This document shows positions 38,415 through 48,294 of a stretch of DNA of 64,000 nucleotides, piece by piece. A program made the position numbers and the translations under genes. The stretch's first letter is position 1. Every line of letters starts with the position of its first letter. Below the pieces are notes generated by a model, which saw only the letters and a program-made list of their open reading frames with translations, was not told where the DNA came from and searched no databases. The DNA lies in contig JAGVWE010000005.1 in the NCBI GenBank assembly GCA_018304425.1, positions 153,534 to 217,533 on the forward strand, written 5' to 3'. The DNA is from Candidatus Iainarchaeum sp. GTDB lineage: Archaea > Iainarchaeota > Iainarchaeia > Iainarchaeales > UBA10219.

Positions 38415-39191
38415 ATGAAACCAGGAGCAAAGCCGCGCACGCCATTCAGGCAACGGCTGGGCCGCCTGGCCGGGCGCGTGGGCCGCTCGCTGGCGTTGTC
38501 GGCGGCGCTTGCGGCTGCCGCGTGTGCGACCCTACCGGAATCAACGCTGCCGCGCGCGCCCAAGCCCCAACGGCCAACCGCGGCGGATTACGAGCCGGCG
38601 AGGCGGGCCGTGCGGGAGATGCGGAGCGTGCGAAGAAACCCGGCACGCATGCAAGCCATTGAAGACAGCGTCCGGGCGCGCGCCCTCGAAGCCTGGAACC
38701 GGATGAACTTGGAGCTCATCGAGGAAACGCGGAAGGCCGTGGCCGAGAGCCGTTCGCCGGTTGCAGGCCTTTCCATGAAATTGCAGGGGTATCCTCCTGT
38801 CTTGCGCAGTGCCCTCATTGAAAACTTCCGCACCCACCACGGGCTTTTCGTGGAGGCCAACAACGTGGCCGGCGAGATTTTGAACCGGGCCGGCAACCGG
38901 GCGCGCGTCCAGGAAATGCTGGAAACCGGCCGGCCGATTGCGGTTTATGAAGGCGGAAAAGGGTTCACGCTGGACCTGGAACGGGGAACGCCCCTGGAAA
39001 CGGTAACAAGCATTGAACGGGCCTTGAAGCCGATTGCGGCGCGCATGGCGGAGGCCGATGCCCGCGTCAACCAGCGCGTGGAAGCATTCATTCGGAAAAC
39101 CATTGACCACGAAGTCGAGCTGGCGGACACGAAGGCCGAGCTGGAGCGCACGAACGAGGAGCTGCGCAAAAAACTGCACGGCCCAAAATAG
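38415..39191 (+). CDS. Orphan putative lipoprotein
   Basis: Basic N-region, hydrophobic LALSAALAAAA then Cys; C-terminal coiled coil. Confidence 0.65.
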   Translation: MKPGAKPRTPFRQRLGRLAGRVGRSLALSAALAAAACATLPESTLPRAPKPQRPTAADYEPARRAVREMRSVRRNPARMQAIEDSVRARALEAWNRMNLELIEETRKAVAESRSPVAGLSMKLQGYPPVLRSALIENFRTHHGLFVEANNVAGEILNRAGNRARVQEMLETGRPIAVYEGGKGFTLDLERGTPLETVTSIERALKPIAARMAEADARVNQRVEAFIRKTIDHEVELADTKAELERTNEELRKKLHGPK

Positions 39192-39192
39192 T

Positions 39193-42100
39193 TCAAACGT
39201 ACTCATCCCAGGCCTTGATTTCGAGGTCGTCTTTCTTGAGCTTGATGATGGAGTCCAGGAAGAGTTTCGAGACCTGGAGGTTGGTCAAGAGCGTAATCGA
39301 GTGGTCAACGGCGTTGCGGCGCAGCTCGTATTCTTCGTCGATGCCGGCCTGGAGTTCCGTGTCCGGGATGCAGATGACCAGGTCGAGTCTCCGTTGCCGC
39401 ATGTAGGAGAGGATGTTGGGCTCCCCCTTTTCCTGGAGCTTGAACAACCGCGCCATTTTCACGCCGTGTCCGTTGAAGAACGCGGCCGTGTGCTCCGTAC
39501 CATACAAGTGGAAACCGCGCTTTTGCACCCGCCGGAGGACGGGCAACAGCTTGAACCGACCCTTGTCGCCGTGCACGGAGACCAGGATGTTTTTTTCGGG
39601 GATTTTCACCCCGACGGAGAGCATGGCCTTGAGGAAGGCGTCCTCCAGCGTGTCGCCAATGCAGGCCACTTCCCCCGTGGAAGCCATTTCCACGCCCAGA
39701 ACCGGGTCCGCGCCCCGCAGCCGGCCGAAGCTGAACTGGGGCACCTTGACCCCGACATGGCCCAGTTCCAACGTCGACGACTTGAGGGGCTCCGGGTTCT
39801 GGCCGAGGATGGCCTTCGTGGCCAGTTCGATGAAGTTGTGCCCGGAGACCTTGGAAACGAAGGGAAACGACCGGGAGGCGCGGAGGTTGCATTCGATGAC
39901 GCTGACCTTGTTGTCCTTGGCGATGAACTGGATGTTGAAGGGCCCGCTGATTTCGAGGGCGGCCGCGATTTTGGAGGCGATGGCCTTTATTTCGCGGACC
40001 GTCTGGAGGTAGAGTTTCTGGGGCGGCAACACCATGGTGGCATCTCCTGAGTGGACGCCCGCGTTCTCCACGTGCTCGGTGATGGCCGAAATCACCAGCT
40101 TGCCCTTGTTGGCCACGGCGTCGATCTCGACTTCCTTGGCGTTCGCGATGAACTTGCTGACCACAACAGGGTATTCTTCTGACACGGTGGTTGCTTTCTC
40201 GAGGTAGGTCTTGAGGTCGGCGGGAGTGAAGGCGATGTTCATGGCCGCGCCGCTCAAGACATAGCTGGGCCGGATGAGCACGGGAAAGCCGACGCGTTCC
40301 GCGAACTTCGCGGCCTGCTTTTCGCTCTTGGCTTCCGCCCACTCGGGCTGGTCGATGCCCAAGGAATCGCAGAGCTTGGAGAACTTGTGCCGGTCCTCGG
40401 CCTGGTCGATGTGCTCGGGCTTGGTGCCCAGCACGGTGACCCCGGCGTTCGCGCACTTGAGGGCGAGGTTGTTCGCTATTTGCCCGCCCGTGGAAAGGAT
40501 GACGCCCTTCGGCTTTTCCAGGCCATAAATGTCCAGCACCCGTTCGAGGCTCAGTTCCTCGAAGTACAGGCGGTCGCACAAGTCATAGTCGGTGGAAACC
40601 GTTTCCGGGTTGAAGTTGACCATGATGGCCTGGAAGCCGAGCTTCCGGGCGGCCAACGCCGCGTTGACCCCGCACCAGTCGAATTCCACGCTGGAACCAA
40701 TGTGGTAGGCCCCGGACCCCAGCACCAGGACCGCGTTCGAGGCAGGGAAGGCCACGTCGTGCTCGCTCCCATTATAAGTCATATATAAGTAGTTGGTTTG
40801 CGCCGGGAACTCCGCGGCCAGGGTGTCAATCTGCTTGACCACTGGCAGGATTCCATGGCGTTTCCGGAGTTCCCGCACGACCAGTTCGCTCTGGTGGTTC
40901 AAGAGCATGGCCAGCTGCTTGTCGGAAAACCCGAGTTCCTTGGCGCGGCGCAAGAGTCCAGGCGAAACGGTTTTCACGTCATGGCAGCGGATTTCCCGCT
41001 CCAGGTCCACCACGTTCTTGAGCTTGTGCAGGAACCAGGAATCGATGCCGGACAAGCCGTGCAGTTTCTTGACAGAATGACCTGCCTTCAAGGAGTCCAC
41101 GACGGCGAACAACCGCTTGTCGGTCGGGTTCTTCACCGTGTGCAGGACCTTCTTGAACTCGATTTTGTTGCAGACCAAACCGTACATGCCGATGTTCAGC
41201 ATGCGGATGGCCTTCTGGAGGGCTTCCTCGAACTTCCTCCCAATCGCCATGACTTCCCCGACGGACTTCATTTCGCTGCCGATTTGCGTGCTGACCTTCC
41301 GGAACTTCTGCAAATCCCATCGCGGGATTTTCACCACGCAATAGTCCAGCGCGGGCTCGAAACAGGCCATGGTCTTTTTCGTGATGGAGTTCGGCAACTC
41401 GTGCAAGGCATGCCCCAAGGCCAGCTTGGCGGCAATGAACGCAAGGGGGTAGCCGGTCGCCTTCGAGGCCAATGCCGAGGAACGGGAGAGGCGGGCGTTG
41501 ACCTCGATGACCCGGTAGTCCTCGGACTTCGGGTCCAACGCGAACTGGATGTTGCACTCGCCCACGATTTTCAGGTGCCGGATGACGCGGATGGAGAGCT
41601 CACGCAACTTGTGGTACTCGTGGTTTGAAAGCGTCTGCGAGGGCGCAACCACGATGCTTTCCCCGGTGTGAATGCCCATGGGGTCGAAGTTCTCCATGTT
41701 GCAGACCGTGATGCAGTTGTCGAACTGGTCGCGCACGACCTCGTACTCGATTTCCTTCCAGTGGTGCAGGTATTCCTCGACCAGGACCTGGGGCGCGTGC
41801 GTGAACGCGCTCTCCAGAATGCTTTCCAGCTCGCGCGCGTTGCGCGCGACCCCGGAACCCTTGCCGCCCAAGGCAAAGGCCGCGCGGACAATGACCGGGA
41901 ACCCCAGCTCCTGGGCTGCCTTCAAACCGGCTTTCGCCAAGGTAACGGAGAGGCTGCTCGGCGTCTGGACGCCAATCTTGGCCAGTTCCTTCTTGAAGAG
42001 CTCCCGGTCCTCGGTGTCGCGGATGGCCTTGACGGGCGTGCCCAGTACCCGGACTTTGTGCCGCTCGAAGACCTTCTTTTCGGCCAGGGCCAGGCCGCAG

Positions 42101-42387
42101 TTCAACGCCGTCTGGCCGCCGAAGCCGAGGAGGATGCCGTCCGGCTTCTCGCGGGCGATGACTTTTTCGACGAAGAAGGGGTTGACCGGGAGGAAGTACA
42201 CGCGGTCCGCCAGGTCCCAGGAGGTCTGCACCGTGGCAATGTTGGGGTTGACGATGATGACTTCACAGCCCTCTTCCTTCAAGGCCTTGATGGCTTGGGA
42301 GCCGGAATAATCGAATTCCCCGGCCTGCCCGATTTTCAAGGCGCCCGAGCCCAGCACCAAGACCTTCTTGGCTTCCACGCGCTTCAT
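39193..42387 (-). CDS. carB: Carbamoyl-phosphate synthase large subunit
   Basis: GSGALKIGQAGEFDYSG, GIHTGES, EVNARLSRSSALASKATG, GVHSGDA, MGS domain; ATG at 42387 overlaps the carA stop. Confidence 0.97.
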   Translation of the reverse strand: MKRVEAKKVLVLGSGALKIGQAGEFDYSGSQAIKALKEEGCEVIIVNPNIATVQTSWDLADRVYFLPVNPFFVEKVIAREKPDGILLGFGGQTALNCGLALAEKKVFERHKVRVLGTPVKAIRDTEDRELFKKELAKIGVQTPSSLSVTLAKAGLKAAQELGFPVIVRAAFALGGKGSGVARNARELESILESAFTHAPQVLVEEYLHHWKEIEYEVVRDQFDNCITVCNMENFDPMGIHTGESIVVAPSQTLSNHEYHKLRELSIRVIRHLKIVGECNIQFALDPKSEDYRVIEVNARLSRSSALASKATGYPLAFIAAKLALGHALHELPNSITKKTMACFEPALDYCVVKIPRWDLQKFRKVSTQIGSEMKSVGEVMAIGRKFEEALQKAIRMLNIGMYGLVCNKIEFKKVLHTVKNPTDKRLFAVVDSLKAGHSVKKLHGLSGIDSWFLHKLKNVVDLEREIRCHDVKTVSPGLLRRAKELGFSDKQLAMLLNHQSELVVRELRKRHGILPVVKQIDTLAAEFPAQTNYLYMTYNGSEHDVAFPASNAVLVLGSGAYHIGSSVEFDWCGVNAALAARKLGFQAIMVNFNPETVSTDYDLCDRLYFEELSLERVLDIYGLEKPKGVILSTGGQIANNLALKCANAGVTVLGTKPEHIDQAEDRHKFSKLCDSLGIDQPEWAEAKSEKQAAKFAERVGFPVLIRPSYVLSGAAMNIAFTPADLKTYLEKATTVSEEYPVVVSKFIANAKEVEIDAVANKGKLVISAITEHVENAGVHSGDATMVLPPQKLYLQTVREIKAIASKIAAALEISGPFNIQFIAKDNKVSVIECNLRASRSFPFVSKVSGHNFIELATKAILGQNPEPLKSSTLELGHVGVKVPQFSFGRLRGADPVLGVEMASTGEVACIGDTLEDAFLKAMLSVGVKIPEKNILVSVHGDKGRFKLLPVLRRVQKRGFHLYGTEHTAAFFNGHGVKMARLFKLQEKGEPNILSYMRQRRLDLVICIPDTELQAGIDEEYELRRNAVDHSITLLTNLQVSKLFLDSIIKLKKDDLEIKAWDEYV

Positions 42388-43472
42388 TTCCGGTACACCT
42401 TCTTGAGGAACTCGTCGAACAAAAAACCCGTGTCCACCGGGCCAGGCGTGGCTTCCGGGTGGAACTGGGAACTGAAAAACGGCTTGCGCTGGTGGCGGAT
42501 GCCTTCGTTGGTGCCGTCGTTGGCGTTCGTGAAAAGCGGTTCCCAGTCGGCCGGCAGCGAGTGGACGTCCACGGCAAAGCCATGGTTTTGGGAGGTGATG
42601 AAGCACTTTTGCGTGCCCTCCATCGTGCATGGCTGGTTCTGGCTCCGGTGGCCATACTTGAGCTTGTAGGTGTTGCCGCCAGCGGCCAACGCGAGCAACT
42701 GGTTGCCGAGGCAGATGCCAAAAGTGGGGATTTCCTTTTCGAGCAGGGCCGCGACGTTGGAGATGGTCTGCTTGCACTGCTTGGGGTCGCCGGGGCCGTT
42801 TGAAATCATGACCCCGTCGAAGTCGAATTTTCCGTTGAGTAGGTCATAGTCCCAGGGCACGCGCAGGACGGATACCCTCCGGGCGCGCAGGCTGCGGATG
42901 ATGTTGTACTTCGCCCCGCAGTCGATTAAGGCAATGGTCTTCCGCTCACTTCCATAGCGGACGGGTTTCCGGACGCTGACGTCGGCCACGATGTTGAACG
43001 CGTTGGGGTCGAAGGGCCTGGCCTGTTTTCCGTTGACCTCGATGCGGCCCATCATGACCCCCTTTTCGCGGAGCTTCTTGGTGAGCGCGCGGGTGTCAAT
43101 CCCGGAAACGGCGGGAATCTTTTCCCTCCTGAGCCATTGGGCAAGGGTCTGGTCGCAGTCCCAGTGGCTGGGCTGCTCGCAGTACTCGGAAACGATGAGG
43201 CCGCGGAGGTGGATTTTGTCCGACTCAAAGCGCGCAGGCAAGCCCTCCTTCCGGGCCCTGCCCGGAACCCCGTAGTTGCCGATAAGGGGATAGGTGAGGC
43301 ACAGGATTTGCCCGGCATAGCTGGGGTCGGTGAAGGACTCGGGATAGCCGGTCATGCCCGTATTGAACACGACTTCGCCTGCAACCGAGTGGGGGTAGCC
43401 AAAGGACTGGCATGGAAACCGCGAACCGTCTTCGAGGACGAGCTCGGCTTTCACGGGCTTCACGGCTTGCAC
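42384..43472 (-). CDS. carA: Carbamoyl-phosphate synthase small subunit
   Basis: GEVVFNTGMTGY, SNGPGDP, GICLG, SQNHGF, QFHPE. Confidence 0.97.
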   Translation of the reverse strand: MQAVKPVKAELVLEDGSRFPCQSFGYPHSVAGEVVFNTGMTGYPESFTDPSYAGQILCLTYPLIGNYGVPGRARKEGLPARFESDKIHLRGLIVSEYCEQPSHWDCDQTLAQWLRREKIPAVSGIDTRALTKKLREKGVMMGRIEVNGKQARPFDPNAFNIVADVSVRKPVRYGSERKTIALIDCGAKYNIIRSLRARRVSVLRVPWDYDLLNGKFDFDGVMISNGPGDPKQCKQTISNVAALLEKEIPTFGICLGNQLLALAAGGNTYKLKYGHRSQNQPCTMEGTQKCFITSQNHGFAVDVHSLPADWEPLFTNANDGTNEGIRHQRKPFFSSQFHPEATPGPVDTGFLFDEFLKKVYRK

Positions 43473-43624
43473 CCCCCGACGGGGCGGGAAACAGGGAAAA
43501 ACGAAAGCACGGAGTCAAGCAAAAAAACAGGGTTTTTGAGGGGGCAAAAAATGCTCATCCTAAAAAAGAAATAATGCCTGGGAAGGAATTTAAAGGGATG
43601 CCCCCCATAATCTAGAGGGTTGTA

Positions 43625-44596
43625 GTGCCTTCGACTTCAACCGGGAAAAAAACCGCGCATTCTCTTTTCAACCGTTCCCTGGTCTCCATCTACGACCTCA
43701 GCAAACAGCAGATCCTGGACGTGCTGACAACAGCCTCCAAAATGGAGCGGTTGAAGCCCGAAGCCAAGGCCAAAATCCTGGCCCATAAAACCGTTGCCTC
43801 GCTGTTCTTCGAGCCCAGCACGCGCACGCGCCTCTCCTTCGAAGCCGCCATCCAGAACCTGGGAGCCAACGTCATTGGCTTCTCCGACGAAAACGTGACC
43901 TCGCTCAAAAAGGGGGAGAGCTTCTCGGACACCATCAAGATGGTGTGCAATTACGCGCACGCCATCGTCATGCGGCACCCCATCACCGGCCACGCCCGGA
44001 TTGCGGCCGGCGAAGCCAGCGTTCCCGTCATCAACGCCGGCGACGGAACGAACGAGCACCCCACGCAAAACCTCCTGGACCTGTACACGATTAAGAAACG
44101 GTTCGGCAGACTCAATGGCCTCAAAATCGGCTTCCTGGGAGACTTGAAGTTCAGCCGCACCATCAAGGGATTGGTGCACGCGCTCAACAAGCTCGGCGAC
44201 AACGAGTACTACTTCATCGCCCCCCACCAGCTGCGCATGGAGGAAGGCATCACGCAGACCCTGAAAGGCGAGGGCTGCAAAATCCTGGAAGGCGAGCACC
44301 TCGAAAACTTCATCGGCCTGCTGGACATCCTCTACGTCACGCGCATCCAAAGGGAGCGGTTTGACTCGCACGCGGAATACGAGCGGCTGCGCGGCAGCTA
44401 CCAGATTGACAAGGGAACGCTGGCCCGGGCCAAGAAAACCCTGGCCCTCATGCACCCCCTGCCCCGCATTGACGAGATTTCCAGGGACGTCGACGAACTC
44501 CCGCAGGCCACGTACTTCCAGCAAGCCCACCATGGGCTCCCAGTACGCGAAGCCATCTTGAGCCTCATCCTGGGAGGCAAGCATGGCAAGAATTGA
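43625..44596 (+). CDS. pyrB: Aspartate carbamoyltransferase catalytic subunit
   Basis: FFEPSTRTRLSF, INAGDG, HPTQ, RIQRER, MHPLPR. Confidence 0.97.
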   Translation: MPSTSTGKKTAHSLFNRSLVSIYDLSKQQILDVLTTASKMERLKPEAKAKILAHKTVASLFFEPSTRTRLSFEAAIQNLGANVIGFSDENVTSLKKGESFSDTIKMVCNYAHAIVMRHPITGHARIAAGEASVPVINAGDGTNEHPTQNLLDLYTIKKRFGRLNGLKIGFLGDLKFSRTIKGLVHALNKLGDNEYYFIAPHQLRMEEGITQTLKGEGCKILEGEHLENFIGLLDILYVTRIQRERFDSHAEYERLRGSYQIDKGTLARAKKTLALMHPLPRIDEISRDVDELPQATYFQQAHHGLPVREAILSLILGGKHGKN

Positions 44597-45503
44597 CTTG
44601 AGCCTTTCGCTTTGCGGCGTCAAGCTCGCGAACCCCACCATCCTTGCCTCCGGCTTTTTGGGCGTTTCCCCGTTCACCCTGGAACGCGTGGGCCGCTGCG
44701 GCGTGGGCGCGGTGACCATGAAAAGCGTGGGCCCCAGGCCCTGGCCGGGTTACCCGAACCCCACCGTGGTCGCGAACGAGGAATTCATGTTGAACGCGGT
44801 GGGCCTGCCGACGGCGGGCTATAAGAACATCGAACCAGAGTGGGAGGGCATGCGCAAGCTCAAAATCCCGTTCATTGCCAGCCTGTATGGCACGAGCCTG
44901 GAAGAGTATGCCGAGGTGGCCGCGGACTTCGCCGCGCGCAAGCCGCCCCTGATTGAGTTGGATTTGTCCTGCCCGCACGCCAAGAAAGGCGGCCACCAGT
45001 TCGCGACCAACCTGGACCTGGCACGCAAGCTGGTCGAAAAAGTCAAGGCCGTTACCGGCCGAAGGGTGCCGGTGTTCGCCAAGCTCTCGCCGAATTGCCC
45101 GAACATCGGGGAAATCGCGGCCGCGTGCGAGGCGGCGGGCGCGGACGGGATTACGGCCATCAACACGGCTTCGGCCATGGCGATTGACATCGAGGCAAAG
45201 TGCCCCGTGCTGTACAACAAGCGCGGCGGCTTGAGCGGCCCGGCCCTGAAACCGATTGCCGTGAAGTGCGTCTACGACGTCTACGAGAAGGTCCACATCC
45301 CCATCATTGCCACGGGCGGCATTTCGACTGGCAGGGACGCGGTCGAGTTGCTGATGGCGGGCGGCACCGGGCTCGGCATTGGCACCGCCATCTACTTGCG
45401 GGGCATCGATTGTTTCGAGAAGATTTGCGGCGAGATGGAGGCCTGGATGAAGGAGAACGGCTACACGAAAGTCAAACAGCTCACGGGGGCCGCGCATGAG
45501 TGA
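44583..45503 (+). CDS. pyrD: Dihydroorotate dehydrogenase family 1B catalytic subunit
   Basis: LASG, MLNAVGL, LSCPH, KLSPN, INT, GGLSGPALKP. Confidence 0.95.
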   Translation: MARIDLSLSLCGVKLANPTILASGFLGVSPFTLERVGRCGVGAVTMKSVGPRPWPGYPNPTVVANEEFMLNAVGLPTAGYKNIEPEWEGMRKLKIPFIASLYGTSLEEYAEVAADFAARKPPLIELDLSCPHAKKGGHQFATNLDLARKLVEKVKAVTGRRVPVFAKLSPNCPNIGEIAAACEAAGADGITAINTASAMAIDIEAKCPVLYNKRGGLSGPALKPIAVKCVYDVYEKVHIPIIATGGISTGRDAVELLMAGGTGLGIGTAIYLRGIDCFEKICGEMEAWMKENGYTKVKQLTGAAHE

Positions 45504-46314
45504 ACGCAATGACTTCCCAAGGATGGTGAGGGTCGCAAAGGTCGTGTGGGAGAACCCAAGCACCTGCACCATCCTGTTCGACGAGCGCATGGACGTCAAG
45601 CCCGGCCAGTACGTCATGGTTTGGCTGCCCCGCGTGGACGAGAAGCCCATGAGCGTGACCTATGCCGGTGGAAAGGGGCTTGGGTTCACGGCCCTGGTCC
45701 ACGGCGAGACCACGCGGAAGATGGGCGCGCTGAAGAAAGGCGACCTCGTGGGCGTCCGCGGGCCCTATGGGAACTGGTTCGACTTCGCGAAGGCGAAAAA
45801 GGCGCTGCTGGTGGGTGGAGGCGTGGGAGTGCCACCGCTGGCGTTCCTGGCCGAGGAAATGGCTAAAAAGGGGATGCGCTCCATGTTTATCATGGGCGCG
45901 CGGTCGAAGGACGGGTTGATGTTCGAGCAGCGGATTGGGAAAGCAGCCGAACTGCGGGTGTGCACGGATGACGGCTCCAAGGGGCGGAAGGCGCGCACCC
46001 CGGAACTGGTCGCGGAAGCCCTGGCCGGGGAACGGTTTGACTGCGTGTACACTTGTGGCCCGGAAATCATGATGAAAAAGGTGTTCGACGAATGCGAGAA
46101 GCGGGGAGTCGAGTGCCAGGCCTCGCTGGAACGCTACTTCAAGTGCGCGTTCGGGGCCTGCGGGCAATGCTGTTTGGACGACAAACTGGTGTGCGCGGAT
46201 GGCACGGTGTTCGGCAGCGCGTTCCTGCGGAAGTCCAGTGAGTTCGGCCGGTACTCGTATGCGCGCACGGGTGCCAGGATCACGCTCGAGGAGTGGATGA
46301 AGCATGGAATGTGA
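45496..46314 (+). CDS. pyrK: Dihydroorotate dehydrogenase electron-transfer subunit
   Basis: PGQYVM, RGPYG, GGGVG, CGPE, C.FGACGQC [2Fe-2S] motif. Confidence 0.93.
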   Translation: MSERNDFPRMVRVAKVVWENPSTCTILFDERMDVKPGQYVMVWLPRVDEKPMSVTYAGGKGLGFTALVHGETTRKMGALKKGDLVGVRGPYGNWFDFAKAKKALLVGGGVGVPPLAFLAEEMAKKGMRSMFIMGARSKDGLMFEQRIGKAAELRVCTDDGSKGRKARTPELVAEALAGERFDCVYTCGPEIMMKKVFDECEKRGVECQASLERYFKCAFGACGQCCLDDKLVCADGTVFGSAFLRKSSEFGRYSYARTGARITLEEWMKHGM

Positions 46315-47635
46315 GGTGGTCTTGAAGGGCGGGCGGGTGTTCACCGGAAAGAAGTTCGAGGCCGTGAACGTTGGGGTCAGCAAGGGCAGGATTACAGCCG
46401 TTGGGAAAGGGGTTCGAGGAAAAAAGTCAATCGATTGCAGGGGCCGGTGGGTGCTGCCCGCGGCCCTGGACGTCCACGTCCATGCCCGCGACTTCAAGGA
46501 GGCCGCGAAGGAGACCTGGCGCTCGGCCTCCAGCGCGGCCGCGCATGGGGGAGTGGGTTGTTTCTTCGACATGCCCAACAACCAGGGATTTGCCATGAAT
46601 TCCCTGGCAAGGCTCCGGCAAAAGGAGTCAAGGGCCTTGAGGGACTCCCTGGTCGACTTTGGCTTGTATGCGGCCTTGGACGAGGCCTCCGTCGAAAACG
46701 CCCGGGCCCTGGCAAAGGACTGCGTGGGCTTCAAGCTCTACATGGCCGAGTCCACGAATGCCCGGGGGGCTAAGGGCCAGGAATTCCTGGAACGCGCGTT
46801 CCAGGCCGTGGCCAAGACCGGAAAAATTCTGGTAGTCCACGCCGAGGATCCCGAAACGATTGAACGCTTTGCCCGGCACGCCGGCAAGCGCACCGACCCC
46901 TACGCGCACTATGACGCGCGCCCCAACCTCTCGGAGGCCGTGGCCGTGCACAAGGCCCTGTCATTGGCGGAACGGTTTGGCACGCGGCTCCACGTCACGC
47001 ATGTCTCCACGCATGAGGCCCTGCCATTGATTGCGTTGGCCAAGAAAAAGAAGGTGGATGTCTCGGCTGACTGCTCGTTCACGCACCTCACGTTCAGCTT
47101 GTCCGACCATGAGCGGCACGCGCACTGCATCAAGGTCAACCCCCCGGTGAGAACGGAGGCCGACCGAGAAGCCCTGTGGATTGCCTTGCGGAAGGGCGTC
47201 ATCGACTTCATTGCCTCCGACCATGCACCCCACCCGAAGAAGGAAAAACTCGGCCCCAAGGGAAAGAACGTGCCCTCGGGCCTGCCGTGGCTCGATTTCT
47301 TCTTGCCACGCCTGCTGGCCCTTGCCAAGAAGCGGAAGGTACCGGTGGAAGAGGCGCTGGCCTGGGTCACGGAGAAGCCGGCCAAGCGGTTCAAGGTAAA
47401 GGACAAGGGGAGAATCGCGCGGGGCTTTGACGCGGACCTGGTGGTGTTCGACCCGCGCGCGGGGAGCCGCGTGACCGCGAAAGCCATGCACTCCAAGTCC
47501 AAGTGGCATCCCCTGGAAGGCGAGAAACTGCCTGGAAAGGTCGAAACAACCCTTATAAGGGGTTGCGTGGTGTTCGACAAAGGCAAGCCCTTAAGAAGGG
47601 GCTTCAAGGCCCGGAGGGTGGCGTTGGATGGATGA
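46304..47635 (+). CDS. pyrC: Dihydroorotase
   Basis: DVHVHAR, DMPN, HAED, HVST, KVNPP, SDHAPH. Confidence 0.93.
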   Translation: MECEVVLKGGRVFTGKKFEAVNVGVSKGRITAVGKGVRGKKSIDCRGRWVLPAALDVHVHARDFKEAAKETWRSASSAAAHGGVGCFFDMPNNQGFAMNSLARLRQKESRALRDSLVDFGLYAALDEASVENARALAKDCVGFKLYMAESTNARGAKGQEFLERAFQAVAKTGKILVVHAEDPETIERFARHAGKRTDPYAHYDARPNLSEAVAVHKALSLAERFGTRLHVTHVSTHEALPLIALAKKKKVDVSADCSFTHLTFSLSDHERHAHCIKVNPPVRTEADREALWIALRKGVIDFIASDHAPHPKKEKLGPKGKNVPSGLPWLDFFLPRLLALAKKRKVPVEEALAWVTEKPAKRFKVKDKGRIARGFDADLVVFDPRAGSRVTAKAMHSKSKWHPLEGEKLPGKVETTLIRGCVVFDKGKPLRRGFKARRVALDG

Positions 47636-48248
47636 CAAGGCCAGGTTGTGCGCGGAGTTGGCGCGGATTGGCGCCGTGAAGTTCGGGGTGTTCACGTTGA
47701 AGTCGGGGTTGAAGAGCCCCGTGTATGTTGACCTGCGGTTGCTGGTCTCGCATCCGGACGTGCTGCGGCTGGTCGGCAAAGCGATTGGCGGGATGGTCAA
47801 GGCCGCGAAGTTCGACCGCGTGTGCGGCATCCCCTACGCCGCGATACCCATTGCAACCGCGGTCTCCCTTGAGTTCGGCTGGCCCATGATTTACCCCCGC
47901 AAGGAAGTCAAGGACTATGGCACGAAGAAAGCCATTGAGGGCGAGTTCAAGGCAGGGGAAACCATTCTCGTGATTGACGACTTGATTACGACGGGGCTCA
48001 GCAAGGTCGAGGCCATCGCGCCCCTGGAAGCCGCGGGCCTGAAAGTAAGGGACATCGCGGTCTTGATTGACCGCGAGCAGGGCGGCAAAAAGGAACTGGA
48101 AGCGAAGGGCTACCGGTTGCACGCCGTGCTGGCGATTTCCGAGTTGCTGGAGTCGCTCAAGCAGGCGAAGAAAATCGACGAGCCAACCTACGCGCAGGTC
48201 AAGGCCTATTTCAGGGACCCGGGCGCCTGGCAGAAGGCGCACCCATGA
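47628..48248 (+). CDS. pyrE: Orotate phosphoribosyltransferase
   Basis: FTLKSG.SPVYVDLR, RKEVKDYGT, VIDDLITTG. Confidence 0.95.
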   Translation: MDDKARLCAELARIGAVKFGVFTLKSGLKSPVYVDLRLLVSHPDVLRLVGKAIGGMVKAAKFDRVCGIPYAAIPIATAVSLEFGWPMIYPRKEVKDYGTKKAIEGEFKAGETILVIDDLITTGLSKVEAIAPLEAAGLKVRDIAVLIDREQGGKKELEAKGYRLHAVLAISELLESLKQAKKIDEPTYAQVKAYFRDPGAWQKAHP

Positions 48249-48281
48249 AACCCTTTTGCTGCGCAAAAGCGTTTACGGAAA
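48245..48281. repeat. Small palindromic repeat family B, copy 1
   Basis: ATGAAACCCTTTTGCTGCGCAAAAGCGTTTACGGAAA; near-identical to 60821-60860. Confidence 0.8.
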
Positions 48282-48294
48282 GCAGGGTGAACCC

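Noticed and set aside
42388-42777. 130-aa N-terminal extension of CarB in the ORF track
   Set aside because: It overlaps carA in another frame; the conserved start is ATG 42387, coupled to the carA stop.
48245-48281. Integron attC sites for repeat families A or B
   Set aside because: No RYYYAAC..GTTRRRY ends, no integrase, and the flanking genes are housekeeping genes.
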